DNA of 64,000 bases from Enoplolaimus lenunculus (taxonomy: Eukaryota). Made by a program: the position numbers and the translations under genes. Position 1 is the first letter of the stretch. Every line of letters starts with the position of its first letter. Shown here piece after piece: positions 1-14,139 of this stretch. The notes beneath the pieces were generated by a model. The model was not told where the DNA came from and made no database searches. It saw only the letters and a program-made list of their open reading frames with translations. The stretch spans positions 62,001 to 126,000 of the forward strand of contig JASANG010003338.1 of NCBI GenBank assembly GCA_030248215.1, read 5' to 3'.

Positions 1-229
1 ATGTGAGACATGCTTGTCCGTTTATGTGCACATGCGATATAGTGCTGTGCACTGTATGTATGCTAGCTGGCAGCATACGGTCGACAAATATAGTCGACGA
101 AAAATGCAGTTGGACAGGCGGGCTACGTGGCGCAGCAATGGTAAACTGCCGCGCTATGAACACGGTATTCAGTCGAAAATAGGATGGACGGTTAAGGGAC
201 GACCTTGTTGAAAATAAGGGCATGTAAGC

Positions 230-460
230 ATGTGAGACATGCTTGTCCTGGTGCATATGCAATAAATGCAATGCACATTGTGGTGTACGGTCGACACATA
301 TAGTCGATGAAAAATGCAGTTGGTGAGGCGGGCTACGTGGCGCAGTGGTAGAGTGCTCGCTTAAGGATCCATAGGCTAAGAGTTCGATCCCCGCTCTAGC
401 TCGCTTTTCCAGCTGCTTAGTTGAAAGGTCTGATGTCCCGGTTCCTACCTTGACTGACAT
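230..460 (+). repeat. tRNA-derived repeat (pseudo-tRNA at ~330-402 with conserved flanks); truncated tandem copy at 1-143
   Basis: A-box TGGCGCAGTGG, B-box GTTCGATCC, acceptor and D stems present but anticodon and T arms broken. Homologous copy on the minus strand at ~27230-27460. Confidence 0.7.
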
Positions 461-464
461 ATAC

Positions 465-665
465 TTTAAAGTTTCGAACTCAACTTTAATTGGGCCTGCA
501 GTTATTTATGCATGACAATTCGGGATAATTGACATTTATGGACTCTATTTAGGATTTATGAACTCTATCTGCTTACGGATTCTTATTAGGGATACGAACA
601 CGTATTAATTGACACTCAAAATTGCGACCCCCTCTTATTACCTCCTGTTATTCGTGTCACTACAG
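465..665. mobile_element. MITE family A partial copy
   Basis: tttaaagtttcgaactcaact ... ttattcgtgtcactacag|TA, homologous to 6472-6671. Confidence 0.8.
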
Positions 666-2290
666 TAACTTCCTTAAAACTCAAAATAAATTTTTTGGCA
701 CATTTATGCCAATTTTGAGGAGCACTAAATTTGTACACATCTTACAAATCATTCACATGTTGTTTTAAATACTTCTACCTTTATTGCTAACTCTGTGATC
801 TATAAACGTCCTATATATTTAGTTCCACATCTTCTGGCTGCAGCAAAAATGTTAAATCAAAGTTTGACCAATTTTAGGCCGTGAGAAAATTGTCTCGCGT
901 TCACGATAAACCATTTTATATAATCGGTCTTTGCAGCTACATAGTCTGCTAAAAAGGATTGTCGAGTTTGCAGACTATATATATGTACAAGCCACGCTAT
1001 GTAAAAACCAATGAATATGTTTTTAAATTGGGGCTGTTTTGATGGATAATTGGATGGAACACTGTAATTGCAAACGATGATTTATTTTGCTACTCAAGTG
1101 TTTGTCAATATTTTATATTTTAAATTTTACTCAAGTTTACATTAAGCTGCGAAACGAAAATTTTCAAAGTTTCATAGATTTTATATACGGTTTCGACTGA
1201 CTTTTTAGCGAAAATTTGTGATCCGGGTCGCGATTTCAGCGGTCTGTTGATTGTTTTCAATTGCTTTAAGACCGGACTGAGAGGTTTAAACTTATATTCA
1301 AGCTCAGAGTTTATGCTTAGGCTTATGCTTAGGCCTACGCCTAGGTTGTAGGTAACATTGGGCTGCTCAATTCATTAGTGAAAATGAAAATAGATACCTA
1401 TTTTAACGTTTACACTTTCATTAGATGTGAAAAAGCATATGCGCCTTGTGATTGGTTACTACCTTTGCCATACTGAAATACGATTTGCTGATGTGAATAC
1501 TTTTTCTTGATTGGCTAAATAACCGCCACCTATTGGCTACCTAATAGTTTGTTTTTCTGAGCAACGCCGAATCAAGCAGGATTAGGTGCGCGCAGGACTA
1601 TCAAGCAACTAATCGAAGTCTGTCCCCAACATTACGGTTTATTGTTTATCTAAGGCCAAGCCGAAGTAAGGCTTAAGCTCAGCTTAAGTTAAGCTTATTT
1701 TCATTGTTTTAGTTATGATGGTAATTTTTGACAAATTTTTTATAGGGCAAAGTAAACAAGTACGGAAACGAGTATAGATCAGTACAAAGTTTCGCAGCTA
1801 AAACCTACAACGTTGCATATGCATGTGACAAGTCTACAAAAGCATGGCATGCAGGCCATTAGCATGCTCAGGTTGCAGGATTAGGGGTTAAAAATTTTCA
1901 GGGGCCGATACAAGGGATTCCCATGACCTACATGCAAACTTAAAACCTTTCTAGGAGAGAATTGTCTATGGGGGTTGCGCTGATCCCGTCCGTTCCACCT
2001 CTGGCCACGAACTCGAAGCTATGACAGCGACGGTTCTTAAGTTGTTATAATACAAACACGCATACACGCGCAGTTCACTACTAGACTGCATCATCGAAGC
2101 GGTGATTAGTGGACTTTATTCCTGATTTTTAGCCGACATCATTAGTTACATGCTTGCTGGAGCACTCACACAGCGCATGCGAATGTGTGTCCACTGGTGG
2201 TTCCAAGCGGGGGATTTCCTTGAGCAATAGCCATCCTGCAGGGGTCAAAACCAAAATTTGTGTACAAATTTTCAGTAGTAAAATAAAGTT

Positions 2291-2560
2291 TCACTGCTGG
2301 CCAGCTCCATCCACAAGCTTTTCTTCACTATTAGATGTCAAGCAGCATCCGTCTGAGAAATTTGTAGATTTGTCACTGCTGTGTTTCCACCTTTCGAACC
2401 CGCTAAACTTTTGCAGTAGGCTGACCGTGTAAGTTAGGTTTATAAGAGGAAATGTGGAAATGTTTTTTTCATTCATAGCGTCGTGGTTTGGTGCCCCCCG
2501 TTCCAAAAAAGGTTGTGGGGTACTATAATATGTCACCATAGATGCAATGGAATTGATTGC
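2291..2560 (-). CDS. Possible terminal coding exon of an unidentified gene
   Basis: gttttcag acceptor followed by an 89-codon open frame (AINSIASMVTYYSTPQPFLERG...); the other two frames close quickly. No recognisable family and upstream exon unresolved. Confidence 0.25.
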   Translation of the reverse strand, partial: AINSIASMVTYYSTPQPFLERGAPNHDAMNEKNISTFPLINLTYTVSLLQKFSGFERWKHSSDKSTNFSDGCCLTSNSEEKLVDGAGQQ

Positions 2561-5500
2561 CTGAAAACAATATATGATCAGGGCGGGTTTTTTAACCTAT
2601 AGAGTTTGGTTATAAACAACCGTCATTTGTCACCTGATTATATTGAGTTTGGGCGAATTGTACAGAAAATGTGGCCTTTGAGCAACCCCGCAACCAGAAA
2701 TTGTTAATAGATGGGGTAGGGAAAATTTTTGTAAGAAAGAATTCACTTAAATGCAATTCAGGAAATTTTCGACTGGGATGCGGCGAAGCTGACCCTATGG
2801 TAAATGGAGTGGCCCATTTGCCGTAGTTGCGGCTCTGGTTTTAAACGTTCCATGTTTATAATGAACTATTATCTGGAGATAATGAAACGGCAATAAACAA
2901 TGCTTTGCTTAATATACTGCGTACCTACCTACTTTTACTGTCAGAGTTAGCGTGTGGGTTTTCATGCAATATGTTGTAAAAACCATACGTACTTTTGTAG
3001 CCAACTTTTGTTTGCAACTGTTCAACGACTCAACCAGATTTGTACTTCGAAATGGTATAATTATTCATTTAAAACTTTTTTAAATTTTTTGGAATTTAAA
3101 AGGCTCAACAGATTAATTGCAGATTTTATTAGAAAGCCGGTGAAGCTGTGATCTTCTTTCACAGATTTTGCGATCAGATTTACATCGTACCATTTTTGTT
3201 ACTATACGCTCTTGTAAGGGTTGTATTGCTAGCATGTTAATTTTTTTAGCAAAAATGCCTCTTATTGGTTTGAAAAATTAATGTCGAGTGCGGTCTTGCG
3301 GTAGGGCGTAATCATGTTGCCTTTTATCCGGCTTTATTAGCATGAAATGTTTGCGTATTAAATAAACCAATTTATTAAATAGCTTTATAGACTCATTAAT
3401 ATTACGAATTAAACCAATCGTTATAGAGCTCGGTTATAGGAAGGTATGTTTCCTAGGCGATGTCTATCTCTATAGTTTTTATAATTTAGCGGAAATTGAA
3501 GATTCATAGTAAAAATTCTGTACGCTACAAGTTAGGAAAACAACAAAACTTTTCTCGCTACTATCGAATATTATGTGATACGTGTGAACCTGTGCGTAGC
3601 CGAAACTCATGATCAAGAAATTACACTGTATACCGTCATGTAAAAAATCGTTTTGACCTCTTAGATCAAAGGTTACTTTTAAGCCGGTTTATCGCGTTTT
3701 TTTTTCTATTCTCTCCATATATGTCATAACAGGGTATATGCTTTCTATCTTCCCGTAGTATATGCCGCTGCGTGTGAAACTGTTTGAAATTGTTTTTGAG
3801 TTCAACCAAAAGAACATCGCTTTTGCTTGAAATATGTAATTAAATAGTGGCGCACCGTTAAAGTGGCGACCGTTAAGCTTTTCATATTTCACCTCTCAAG
3901 GACGCGGCGCTCTTCACAATTCGATTTTGTCACCTGTCAAGTTTGTAATTAAACTTTTGTTATTAATAAACGCTTAGTTGAAAACTGTCTCCGACAGAAA
4001 TGGCTTTTATGTGGCAAACAAAATATTTTTCTTGCCAGTTAAACGAAAATACTCTACGGCATTGAAGTCTCATCGAAGGTGAACGCTATCAAACATTTTA
4101 ATTGCAACTATTGGCGATTTTAAAGTTAAATAAACGGTTTTTACAGCGTTTCATTTGTTGCGGTTGAAGATTTATTGAGTAGCTTGAAAGCAGTAGACGA
4201 TCCAGAAGTGTTTGACGGCGGGTGGGAAAGTGAAAAAAGTCACGGCGAATGAACCGAGTAAGGAGCCGTGACGTCATTTGAGCAGTAAAATCTTCCGTTA
4301 AAATTTAGGTTTTCGCGTCCGGAGAGGCATACAATTCCGGTTAAACGGACCATACCCTGGATGGCACCGATTGGCGCTGCCAGCGCTCAGTTGGAAGTTT
4401 AATATCAAAGGTATGATGTATTATCGAAACTTAATGTTCCAACTAGGAAACTTGTTTCGTTTAATCAACTTTTTGAGATAGTTTATGCTACCGTCTGTTT
4501 TTTACTAAGAAGGGTAGTTTTGGCAACCCGAAAGTTAAAGCATGATCGGGTGCTAAAATTTGATAGCTTTTAAAGTAATTATTATGTAAAAATAGTATTT
4601 ATCCTAAACATCATAGCGATGCCGAATAAGAGTTATACACTGAAGTTGTACTGATAACGATTTGCTTAAATTGGACAAGATTTCAGAATAACCGTTGTTT
4701 GAGGTTTGATTAACGCAAAAGATGTGAAAGGGGTTGTAATTCCGTCTTAGCCGAGTAACGTTTTACCTTCAAGGGTTTGATGCGCTAAGCACCCGCTGCA
4801 CTCTGCTAATGTCAACATTTGGTTTACGCAAAGCAATTCAGATTAATTCTAAAGTACCTCTGTGATTTCGCGACTATAAATTTTGTATTTTTTGGAAAAT
4901 TAAGAAAGTTTGAATAAAAATATAAACAATAAAAAGTTTTTAGAACTTAATTTTTTTGTTGCTTGCTATTTACGCAACAGTTTCCAGTATATACGACATA
5001 TGTGTATTTAAATTAGCTTAGGTTTAAGTAAGCATATCTTAAAACCTAATGGATTATCTAGAAATCACGAAATAGGGTATCAAGACCGTGCCATATGGAA
5101 GTTTGAAAAATGACTCGTGAGCTATAAGCTAAAGAGGAATTGTAGTTTTGAAAATTTTGCTTTTAATGCATGTTTTAACCAAGGTTTCGGCGTTCCCCTT
5201 TGCAACTGGCAGTTATACTCAAAATGTGCTCTTTGTAGTAGGGTCGCAAAAGCTGCCTCAAAAAAAATGACCGAGACGCGTTTACTAAACATGTATTAAG
5301 CTCGCGAGCGAGTAGCCAACTACAGTTTTATTACTGGAAATCTTGACACAAAATTTTGGCATTAATCCCTGTCGGACAGCCTCTGCCTGGGCAGCCTCTC
5401 AGTATCCGGCAGCGCTTAAAACGCACTCGCAGTAGTGAAGTCGTGAGCAATTCGTGATCAAAAAAATTTGACCGAGACCTGTCTATTGTTATTTGATTTT

Positions 5501-6321
5501 TTTACGTTTGGTAATTAACTGCTTCAGACAGCATAAAATACACTTTGTCGCCCCGTCGAGTATTCTGTAATTATACGTTCACAATTCATTAGGTTTCGAC
5601 GAATAGACAAATTTGCTTATTAAAAAAGCATAGCTGTTTAATATGTACTGGTGGCGAAGACATTTTGAAATAGTGAATGCCGTAGTCTAAAACGGACCAA
5701 AATGATGCGTCTTAAGTTAGAATTGGCAACTTTTGAACCGTGGTTCAACAAGGCAGTACGTTTACATTACAATAATGAATCCTGGACATGTGGGGCTGTC
5801 CTGGTTGTTTTCTGGGTTCGCCCCTCGTAAGCACATAAATTTACTAACTATATATTATTAAATATTAATATTTCTATATCACTGAAAATTTTTTCAGCTA
5901 AATCCTTTTCAACCAACATATTTATGTATTCTTCGTACGTTCACTATTGAATGTTTCACACAAACATAAACGACGAGAACCCTGAAAATTTTTAAAAAGA
6001 CACTCTGTAAGGTAGTGGCAGCAGATTTCCGTCCGGAATAACTCGGTTAACGAAAAAACTTGTTCGACCAACAGGATGATTAAAGCTTACGATACCCCCC
6101 AGACGATGGCGAACTTCAAGTTTCTGCTTGAGATCAAATTAAATTTTAATGTAAAGCAGACACGCGATACATATCGTAGTATTAATATATTGACGGCACG
6201 TTGCCTGATAGCAACTTCTACATTCATTAAATTTCGATATCAGGTGTCTTAGCACACGTCATAAAAGATCTTGTGTCTTTGTGAACAAAACAGCAAAGCA
6301 TTCAGCTGTTCGCTGCACTTA

Positions 6322-6671
6322 CTATAGTGACCCGAATAAGAGGGGGACTAATATTTATTTGGCCTTTCCATCTTATTCGGTTCGAATTAAACGTTTATCT
6401 GCCTTGTGTCAACAGTTTGAGCCATAATGCAAAGTTATATCTAGGAAAGTACTTTCAATCCTTAAGTACGTTTTAAAGTTTCGAACTCAACTTTTTTGGT
6501 CCCGGAGTGATTTATACGCTACAATTAGGGGTAATTGACATTTATTGGCTCTAATTAGGGTTTATGGTCTCTATCCGCTTGCAGACTCTTATTAGGGATA
6601 CGAACTCCTATTGATTGGGACTCAAAATGGGACCCCCTCTTATTGCTTCCCTCTGATTCGGGACACTACAG
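6322..6671. mobile_element. TA-flanked MITE family A (Tc1/mariner-type), copy with both TIRs
   Basis: Left end TA|CTATAGTGACCCGAATAAGAGGG is inverted to right end CTCTGATTCGGGACACTACAG; ~200-bp body shared with four other copies. Confidence 0.8.
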
Positions 6672-9600
6672 TGGGTTATATTAGAGAATTTCTAATAGAG
6701 AAGGCAGATATTGAAATTATGATGAAACGCCCGATTTATTTATAGTAAACAATTTAAGGTGCTGCAAGCTCTAAAAGATATGCATTATTTGCTAATTAAC
6801 TACTAAAATTACTTACTGAAACAGTAATAAACGCAGGTTCACAGCCAGAAACTCAAACGGATCCGAAAAACTTCACTGTAACATGAGCATCTTTTAAATA
6901 ATTCTGCAGATAATTTTTTCACAAAGAAATACTTTGCTTAAATTTAATACTTAAACCTTGACAAACGTATTTGAGTCGTGCAATTTTCTCGCTGCGCAGC
7001 TTCGCTTTCACAAGCCAAGCTCCTTACAGAAAACTATTTACTTTTTGAACTGAAAGAAAGTTTGAATTTTATAAAATTTGCATAAATTCTTTATTGATTC
7101 ATAGCTCGCCATCTGTTGTTGTCATTTATTAATCTGGCAAGTATTTCAAACGCGCTCACTTAAGGTGATTTTCGTTGCATAGTTTAAGTTCTCGTTTACG
7201 CAATGAATAGGAAAAGTTTGGCTCTAAACCCGAAAAGAACTTGATTAAGGTTCTTTTTGGTCGGAGTCTTTCAAAGCAATATACTTTGACACACGGGTGT
7301 GTGCAGACAATTATATTTGGAGGCACCGAATATTTTTAAGCAGCCGTACAATTGCAATTCAAGATCGTTTACTTTTGGTCCGAGTCTATTTGGGGAGCAC
7401 CATCCGAATTTGGGGGGGGCACGGTCCACCAAATTCCCCCCTCGTGGGGACGCCGTTGCTTTGAAATGACAGTGACTGGAGTGATCTTAATCTCAATCTA
7501 ACGTTTGAAAAGTAAACTGAAACTGTAAAATTAGGAATTTCCTGCATATATTAACGCCGGTAAAACCAAACAAACATTCATCTCCAGAATGGTTGACACT
7601 ATCCGGAATGTCAAGAAGCGTTTTCAACGCTGGTTATGGTATTTGTATGTAAGGTGGCACCGCGTAATTACCAATTCGTTTGGTCTTTAAGTCTTATACG
7701 TCGTGCCACGACGCCAGTATAACGTTTCGACTTTTACTTGAGTAAAGAACCGAACTTATAGGCGCACATGCGCCAATGAGGCAAGTATCATATTTCTGTA
7801 CGAAAGAGAATTTGTATTTAAATTTGCCAATGAACGAAAGATGGCTGGTTGTTCACGCCGGAGACTGTACGTATAGGAAAAGTGGGGACTTGTGAGAATT
7901 CTCAGCCGCTCAGTAATGATACGTGCCTGTTTATCTTATTGAAATACCAGCAGAAATTCTATTTTGAACATAGTTATAATTTTTTTAAATTTCATTCTGT
8001 TTTTCTAGGTAGGTATGAAGAATCTGTTTAACTGAAAGTAATATTAACATTTGTACTTGAGTTTCCGTTTTTCGTTTCCGCTATTTTGAGCGCTACTATT
8101 ACGTTTGTTTTTGTTTTCAGCATTTTACTATTCGTTTTGCACCCTGATTCTGTTAAGTATAATGATTTGATACTCTCGGCCCTAGTGCCACGTCTTTCAA
8201 CTGTGATTATTTATATGGCACAAGCGTTTTCTGGAGATTCCGCTTCCACTTTCACTGATTTAACACTCCAGTGGAAACTGTTGTAAATAAGACACGTGCT
8301 TAAAAACATATTAAATAGAATTTGAAAAGCTTAAAGTTATATTAGTTCATCTTACGAAATAACGTTTGCTCTAAAAACCAACAACACGACAAACTCGTTA
8401 GAATTAATTAAAAATTGTAATTAGTATGGTTTTTCGCGTTGCTGCAATGTGTACGAAACGTTAACGGTCTGTAATACCCGAGTATTGAAATTGAGTTTCA
8501 CAGGAGGTCTGTTTTTGCCAGATCATACGTTTTCTCTACACTAATGGATTAGGTTCAGGATTGGGATTAAAGGTAAAAAGGCAAAGTATTCGGCATATGT
8601 AATGCTTTCCAAAACCTATGCCTAAGTATAAATGTGGTACAAGTGTACAGAAACCAAAGTGTTAGTTACCGATATTTCTGAAAAAACTTTTGACGTCGTG
8701 CAGGTTTTATCTCCGATTCTGCTATCGATAAAACTCGCCGACCTCATGCTTTTGCATTTTTTCACCAGGTTTAACCACGAAAGCTATTGATAAGCATTTA
8801 GTTTGTCATAAAAAATGATGAAGCTGTCAGCGGTCACCCATAAATATATCGTACAGCAACTGAGTTATGTTACATTGCATATTAATGAGCAAATAACCCG
8901 GTAATCAAGGGTCAATGAAAGATCACCAGGCAAATATAATATATATTATATACTATATCAACTTTTACGATTAGTATAATAAAAGTATTAATGATTCTGT
9001 AAAAAATTACTAATACAACGCTTAACTAATTGTGCATTGGCATCACCAGAGTTTTTTCGCTTCTTGTAATATGTTGGGTCGGCCAAGGCTCAAATACTTT
9101 ACGCCCCTCAGCTTGCAGGGAACGTTTTCCAACGTGGCCTCTGGAACTCGATCCAGCTTGGACAAAGCATAACAGTAGGTTATGCTCCGTGCTGCACGGA
9201 AGATGAAATTTGTTTTCCGACTCGTCGTACAATCATTTAGTCCAATTTTATAAAATATGCAGCAGTTTTTTGTCGACTGTTTATCTGCCACTCCAAATAT
9301 TTATATAAATAAGTTTGTTTCTTCACGCCTGAAACTTTACTAATAAAGAAATATGAAATTGGTAAAATTTAGCTATCAGTATAGATAATAGTTGCTAAGT
9401 CAAAATTTACATGCTGAAGTTGAAAACGGGAAATGCTTATGAACTCGCTTGATAAGCAGAGTTTAATTCTGACTGGAAAATGGACAGCGGTGGATTCAAA
9501 GTAGGAGGTCCGTAAAATATGACATCACCAAATGGTGTTCGGCGCATCTTGGCAATACTAAAATTTCAAAATGTTTGCTAAAGCGAATTTCAGCACACAA

Positions 9601-9809
9601 AAAGTAACCTCCGCCACTAAAAAGCTTCCTGGTTTAATCATTGAAAATGATTAATCATCAAGATGTCTTCTGTGAATGAAATTTTTTCATGTATCATAAA
9701 AACTGTCACATTTTGATTTCAGTATCATTAAATATAATTGAAAATTACTGAACCAATATTGAAATATAATATTAATGACAATACTGCATTATGTTTTCGA
9801 TTAATAATT

Positions 9810-12652
9810 ATGCGATACGTTTCAATTGGCGGTGAACAAAATAAGCCTTATGAGCTTATATTACATTGCTTGTCGCTTCTGCAATTAGCTGAATGTATTT
9901 TACCAACAAGTAAGTTGGATCAGTGCAATATCGTTGCAATGGCACTGTTCTTAATGTTTTGTTGGCTGACGTCAGCAAGACGTCGAGTTCAGTGATACTG
10001 TGAGAAAATTTTAATGCAAGTTATAAAACTGCAATTTCAAGTAAATCAAATACACTGTTGTTCAATATAAAAAAATGTAAACTTAGCTATGTAAATATGT
10101 TACCATTTTTATACTTCATATTTGAATTATTGCAATACATTTTTAAGCTTAAATTAGGAAAACTTTTGAGATTTAGCGGTTGAAATTTAACAGCAGCGAA
10201 CTAAACTCTAACTCTGGAGCGGGATAACCCAACACAATTGTAGTACTAAATTTTACTGCAAAATTTCGGTTTCATATCAGTCAACTGAAAGACCCGTTTC
10301 TGGTTTCCCTATATCTGATAAATAACCGGACAATAAAGGATCGAAACGGATATTTGATAGGAGAGCAGAAGTGAATCTTGCATGCGAAGCAAGTGAAAAG
10401 TATACGCATTTTTTTGCTGTAAGTTTAACCTGGCACAAAATTTCGGTTTTCTTGTTTGCATGTCACAATTTGGATTATGTAAGCAAAAGAAAGAATCCCG
10501 GTTGCAAAACAGCGACGACACAGTGACAACGTCAATACAAAGCAGTATACCTATACAGTACCGCTATTGTTGAAATGTTAGCAAAAATGTAGATAACGCG
10601 GGTGATTTTTGGTGCTTAATTATAGCCCCATTGCGCCCCATGCGCGCGCAAACGAGTCGAGGCGCAACAGCCCTCCTGCCCCCACTACCGCGCCACTAGG
10701 TAGTGTTATATATATTTTCAGCGAGGCAGCTTCGAGAATACACTCATCGCCTACCCGAAGGCAGCAGCACATCACATCTTGGGCGCGGCTCAAATCGCTA
10801 CAGGAACATCGATTACCGGATATCGAGACACAGACACAGTGGCGGCGGCAAAGGCGGCAGCAACGGCCTTGTGAACGGCATGGAGGACCTTGGCGGAACT
10901 GGAATCACTCGTATTCGATCGTTTTACTGCTACAGTTGTGCCACCGACATTTATGGCCATTATACTTGGCAGTTATTGAGACAATTTTATTCGCCGCCAC
11001 GTAACATTACACCTGATTGTACGTCACGCGAAGATTTAGCCCTAACAACAATAGGCTTTGTATCTTGCACTTCGGAATGCTTAACAATAATGGAACGATC
11101 GTTTGCTCATGGTAAGCTGAACAGCCGGATTCAGGGATAGACAAAAGGACCAATGTTACTTTAAGACTGATACCGGTAGCCGATATTTGGATACCGATGC
11201 CGATACAAATGTACACCACACCGCAAAACTGGGCGATTAGAAATGAAAATATGTCACGACAATAACGCAAATATTGCCTTATCTCGTGCTCTGAAATGTG
11301 GCCTTTATTGGACGGCTTTATTCTATCATTCCACCGGCTGTGATTTTGTTTTGTTTAACTTTTAAACTCATCGCTTGCATGAACCCATCCTAACAAATTG
11401 GAATTTTCTGAAGTGTTTATAAAGTCTGCCTGCCCTATTTTCGGTTAAGACTTGATGCCTAACAAAACAAACTCGCGTGAAAATGTCTCGTAGAAACAAA
11501 ATTCGGCGAACACGTGAATGAACTAATGTCTCCAGCCATTTTGTATCGAGATACCAATTCCCGTTCAGAATCATTCTTAGAATATTTGTTGTAGCCATTA
11601 AAATTTGCCCTGACAATCCAAAAGCCAGTGATGATTTTGTAGGCCCGTATTTATTAGCTTGTATTTGGGCTTCGCGGTATATTCGGAACCGCCCCATGAT
11701 GATTATAGATTTATTAGATGCTACGTAATTATATATATTCTACTAAATTTGTCTGAGAAACATAGTGAAACAGTATCGCTTTCGGCATACACTGCAAAAT
11801 ACCGATACCCGATTTGACCGATACCGATATATCAGTTCAACACTGCTTATAAGTACAATCATCGCGGATTAGCGATACGTGGTCGACATCCTATCCTTAT
11901 GTTTATGCCTTACCATAATCTGATGAAGCCATTTGAACAATATTTCCTCTTATTAAACGAGTAAACTTTTCAGCTAACCATTTCTCGTATGAATATTTTT
12001 AATTTCATCTCATGGAGACATTTCAACTCTTTACCATGAAATGCACTTATTGGCATAAAAATGAGTATTCAGTACTCGAGTCCAAGGGAGATCTCACGTC
12101 TTGTGCGGATTTTGTACTGCGTAACCATTACTTGTTTTGTACACAATTTTATTGACGTGGAGTTGTTTTTCTCAAGCTCAAAGGGTGAACTTTAGATTAC
12201 TTGTGTTTAAAATAAAACAAATACAACCATTTGTTTCTATAGGTATCGAAATCAACCGTGTTATTGTCCGCGGATGCGTCGACTCAATCCTTGCACCATC
12301 AGTTGCGTTCAATTCGTCCGGACTACAATCGGTTCGTTACGGCAGTGTTGTTAAAGGGTCACACTGTGGTCGCATCCGGCTGCGGTCATTTTTCCAAGGG
12401 CACATCCCGCATTTAAACGAAAATTATTCAAATTTCACTGCGTGTGTATGCAACAAGCATCGATGCAACGGCATTTATCCAACAAATTTAGGCTACAGCG
12501 CTCGACGTGTCCCTAAGTTGAGCTGGGACACCTTAACTTTACGGTATTTGTTGCCAAATTGTACACTATTCGCTAATCTTATGCTCACGATTAGTTGGTT
12601 ACTACGAGCTTACCAGAGCGGGCAATCTGTGTTGTTATTGGATTTTGGTTAG
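9810..12652 (+). CDS. Ly-6/three-finger (LU) domain protein, ODR-2/HOT- or quiver-like, probably GPI-anchored; exons 9810-9909 (tentative), 10722-11111, 12243-12652
   Basis: 10-Cys pattern CYSC..C..CTSEC..RGC..C..CVCNKHRCN across a phase-1 intron (CAT G|gtaag ... tag|GT ATC), followed by a hydrophobic C-terminus. The tentative first exon has a weak signal-like stretch and a phase-compatible gtaagt donor. Confidence 0.8.
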
Positions 12653-14139
12653 ACGCATTTGGGTCCGCGTTACGTTATTTTTGACAATTTGGTCACTCAA
12701 GAAGTTGGTTGAAATCTGCTAAGCCTTCGGTACCTTCTGTAAATGGTACGCAATTTGTGACGCTTTGATCAGGTGCTAATGAATCAACGGAAGCGATACA
12801 TGTTTCATTGCTGTTATTCTCGAACAAAACTACCATAACAACTGTCAACAATTGATGCTAATTACAGTGATGATTTGTCAAACAAACTATTGCATCATCA
12901 ATGACTGATGGTTTCACACTGGCTACTCATAAACGCTGCCTTGGAATGGGTTAAAATATTCGGACAGAATTTTTGGTGTAATCTTCCCAGGACGCGTTTC
13001 CAGCTACGATGAAAAGAAGTATATATGAATTTGGGAACATTATTTTGAAACAAACGACAAAGAGAAAGCGACATAATTTTGACGTGTAAAACAAGGTCTT
13101 ATGGTTAACAGCCGTACTAGAACCACCGTGCATTTCGAGTAAAATAAACAATCGTCAGCAGCAAATCCCAGTAAGCATTACGTTTTCAAACGTGCGGGTA
13201 ATATCTTAAATAAATAATAATTGGGAGCCGCTACTAGAGAATGGCCAGGGGTACACAGCTCCTGCTAAAAAATTTTGGGCCCTTTAGAAAAGTTTTAGCC
13301 CTCATATAAGCATGTAATTTAAACCACATGACCCTTCTATAACTGTTTTAACCCGCACTACCAGATTAGGTGGATGCGCGCCTGTAATGGTTTCGTTCGT
13401 ACTGGCTTTAGACAACAGGTGTTTAACAATAGAAATAAACATTCAACCTAACTTTTTGGTAGCAGTTTCAGGCTAATCTTCAACTGGCAGCAAGGAAGCC
13501 TGATAACTCTAAGAACATTTTTTAAAGTAATGAAACTGGTCAACATCGAAACATTCACCATGGATTCGCAAAATCATACTTGACTATTCATTCAACTCAC
13601 GCTTAATTTAGTCACTCAAACCATCGAGTTGTTAACTTTTTTTAACAAAAAATGATAATAATAATAATAATAATAAGCAAATGGCTGGGTCTCTGAAACG
13701 TTACATAAGTATTACTTTATAATTAAGTATTTGCTACGCAATTATTTAACCAATTCGGTGATTCTTAAAGCGTAAAAGACATAAGTAGATACTCTCAAGT
13801 ACGATTTGAAAAACCCAGCCAATGTGTCGTATTGCTGAGCTCATAGGTTTGCTGTATATAAAGATTGTACGTTCAATCTACAATTTTAATTTGAGCAAGG
13901 TTACAATGCAGGAACGTTTTAATTACTTAAGCAAATCTTAACTGATGTTTAAAAATTTTGAATTTTCACGACTAATTTTTGCTGGTTCATCAAATATAAC
14001 TTATTTCATTGTAAGTACCGACATACGGCAATTATTATAAACAAACACAGGATTCCATTAATTTTTCACTTAAATGTATTTCATGTACTTCGCCAGACGG
14101 CAGTGAAATACACAAGACATCACGAAAACTTTAGTTGTA

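Noticed and set aside
330..402. Functional tRNA gene
   Set aside because: Anticodon and T stems do not pair; it is part of a dispersed repeat.
11920..11940. Hammerhead ribozyme cores (CTGATGA/CTGACGA here and at several other sites)
   Set aside because: No flanking stems with a correctly placed GAAA were found by eye.
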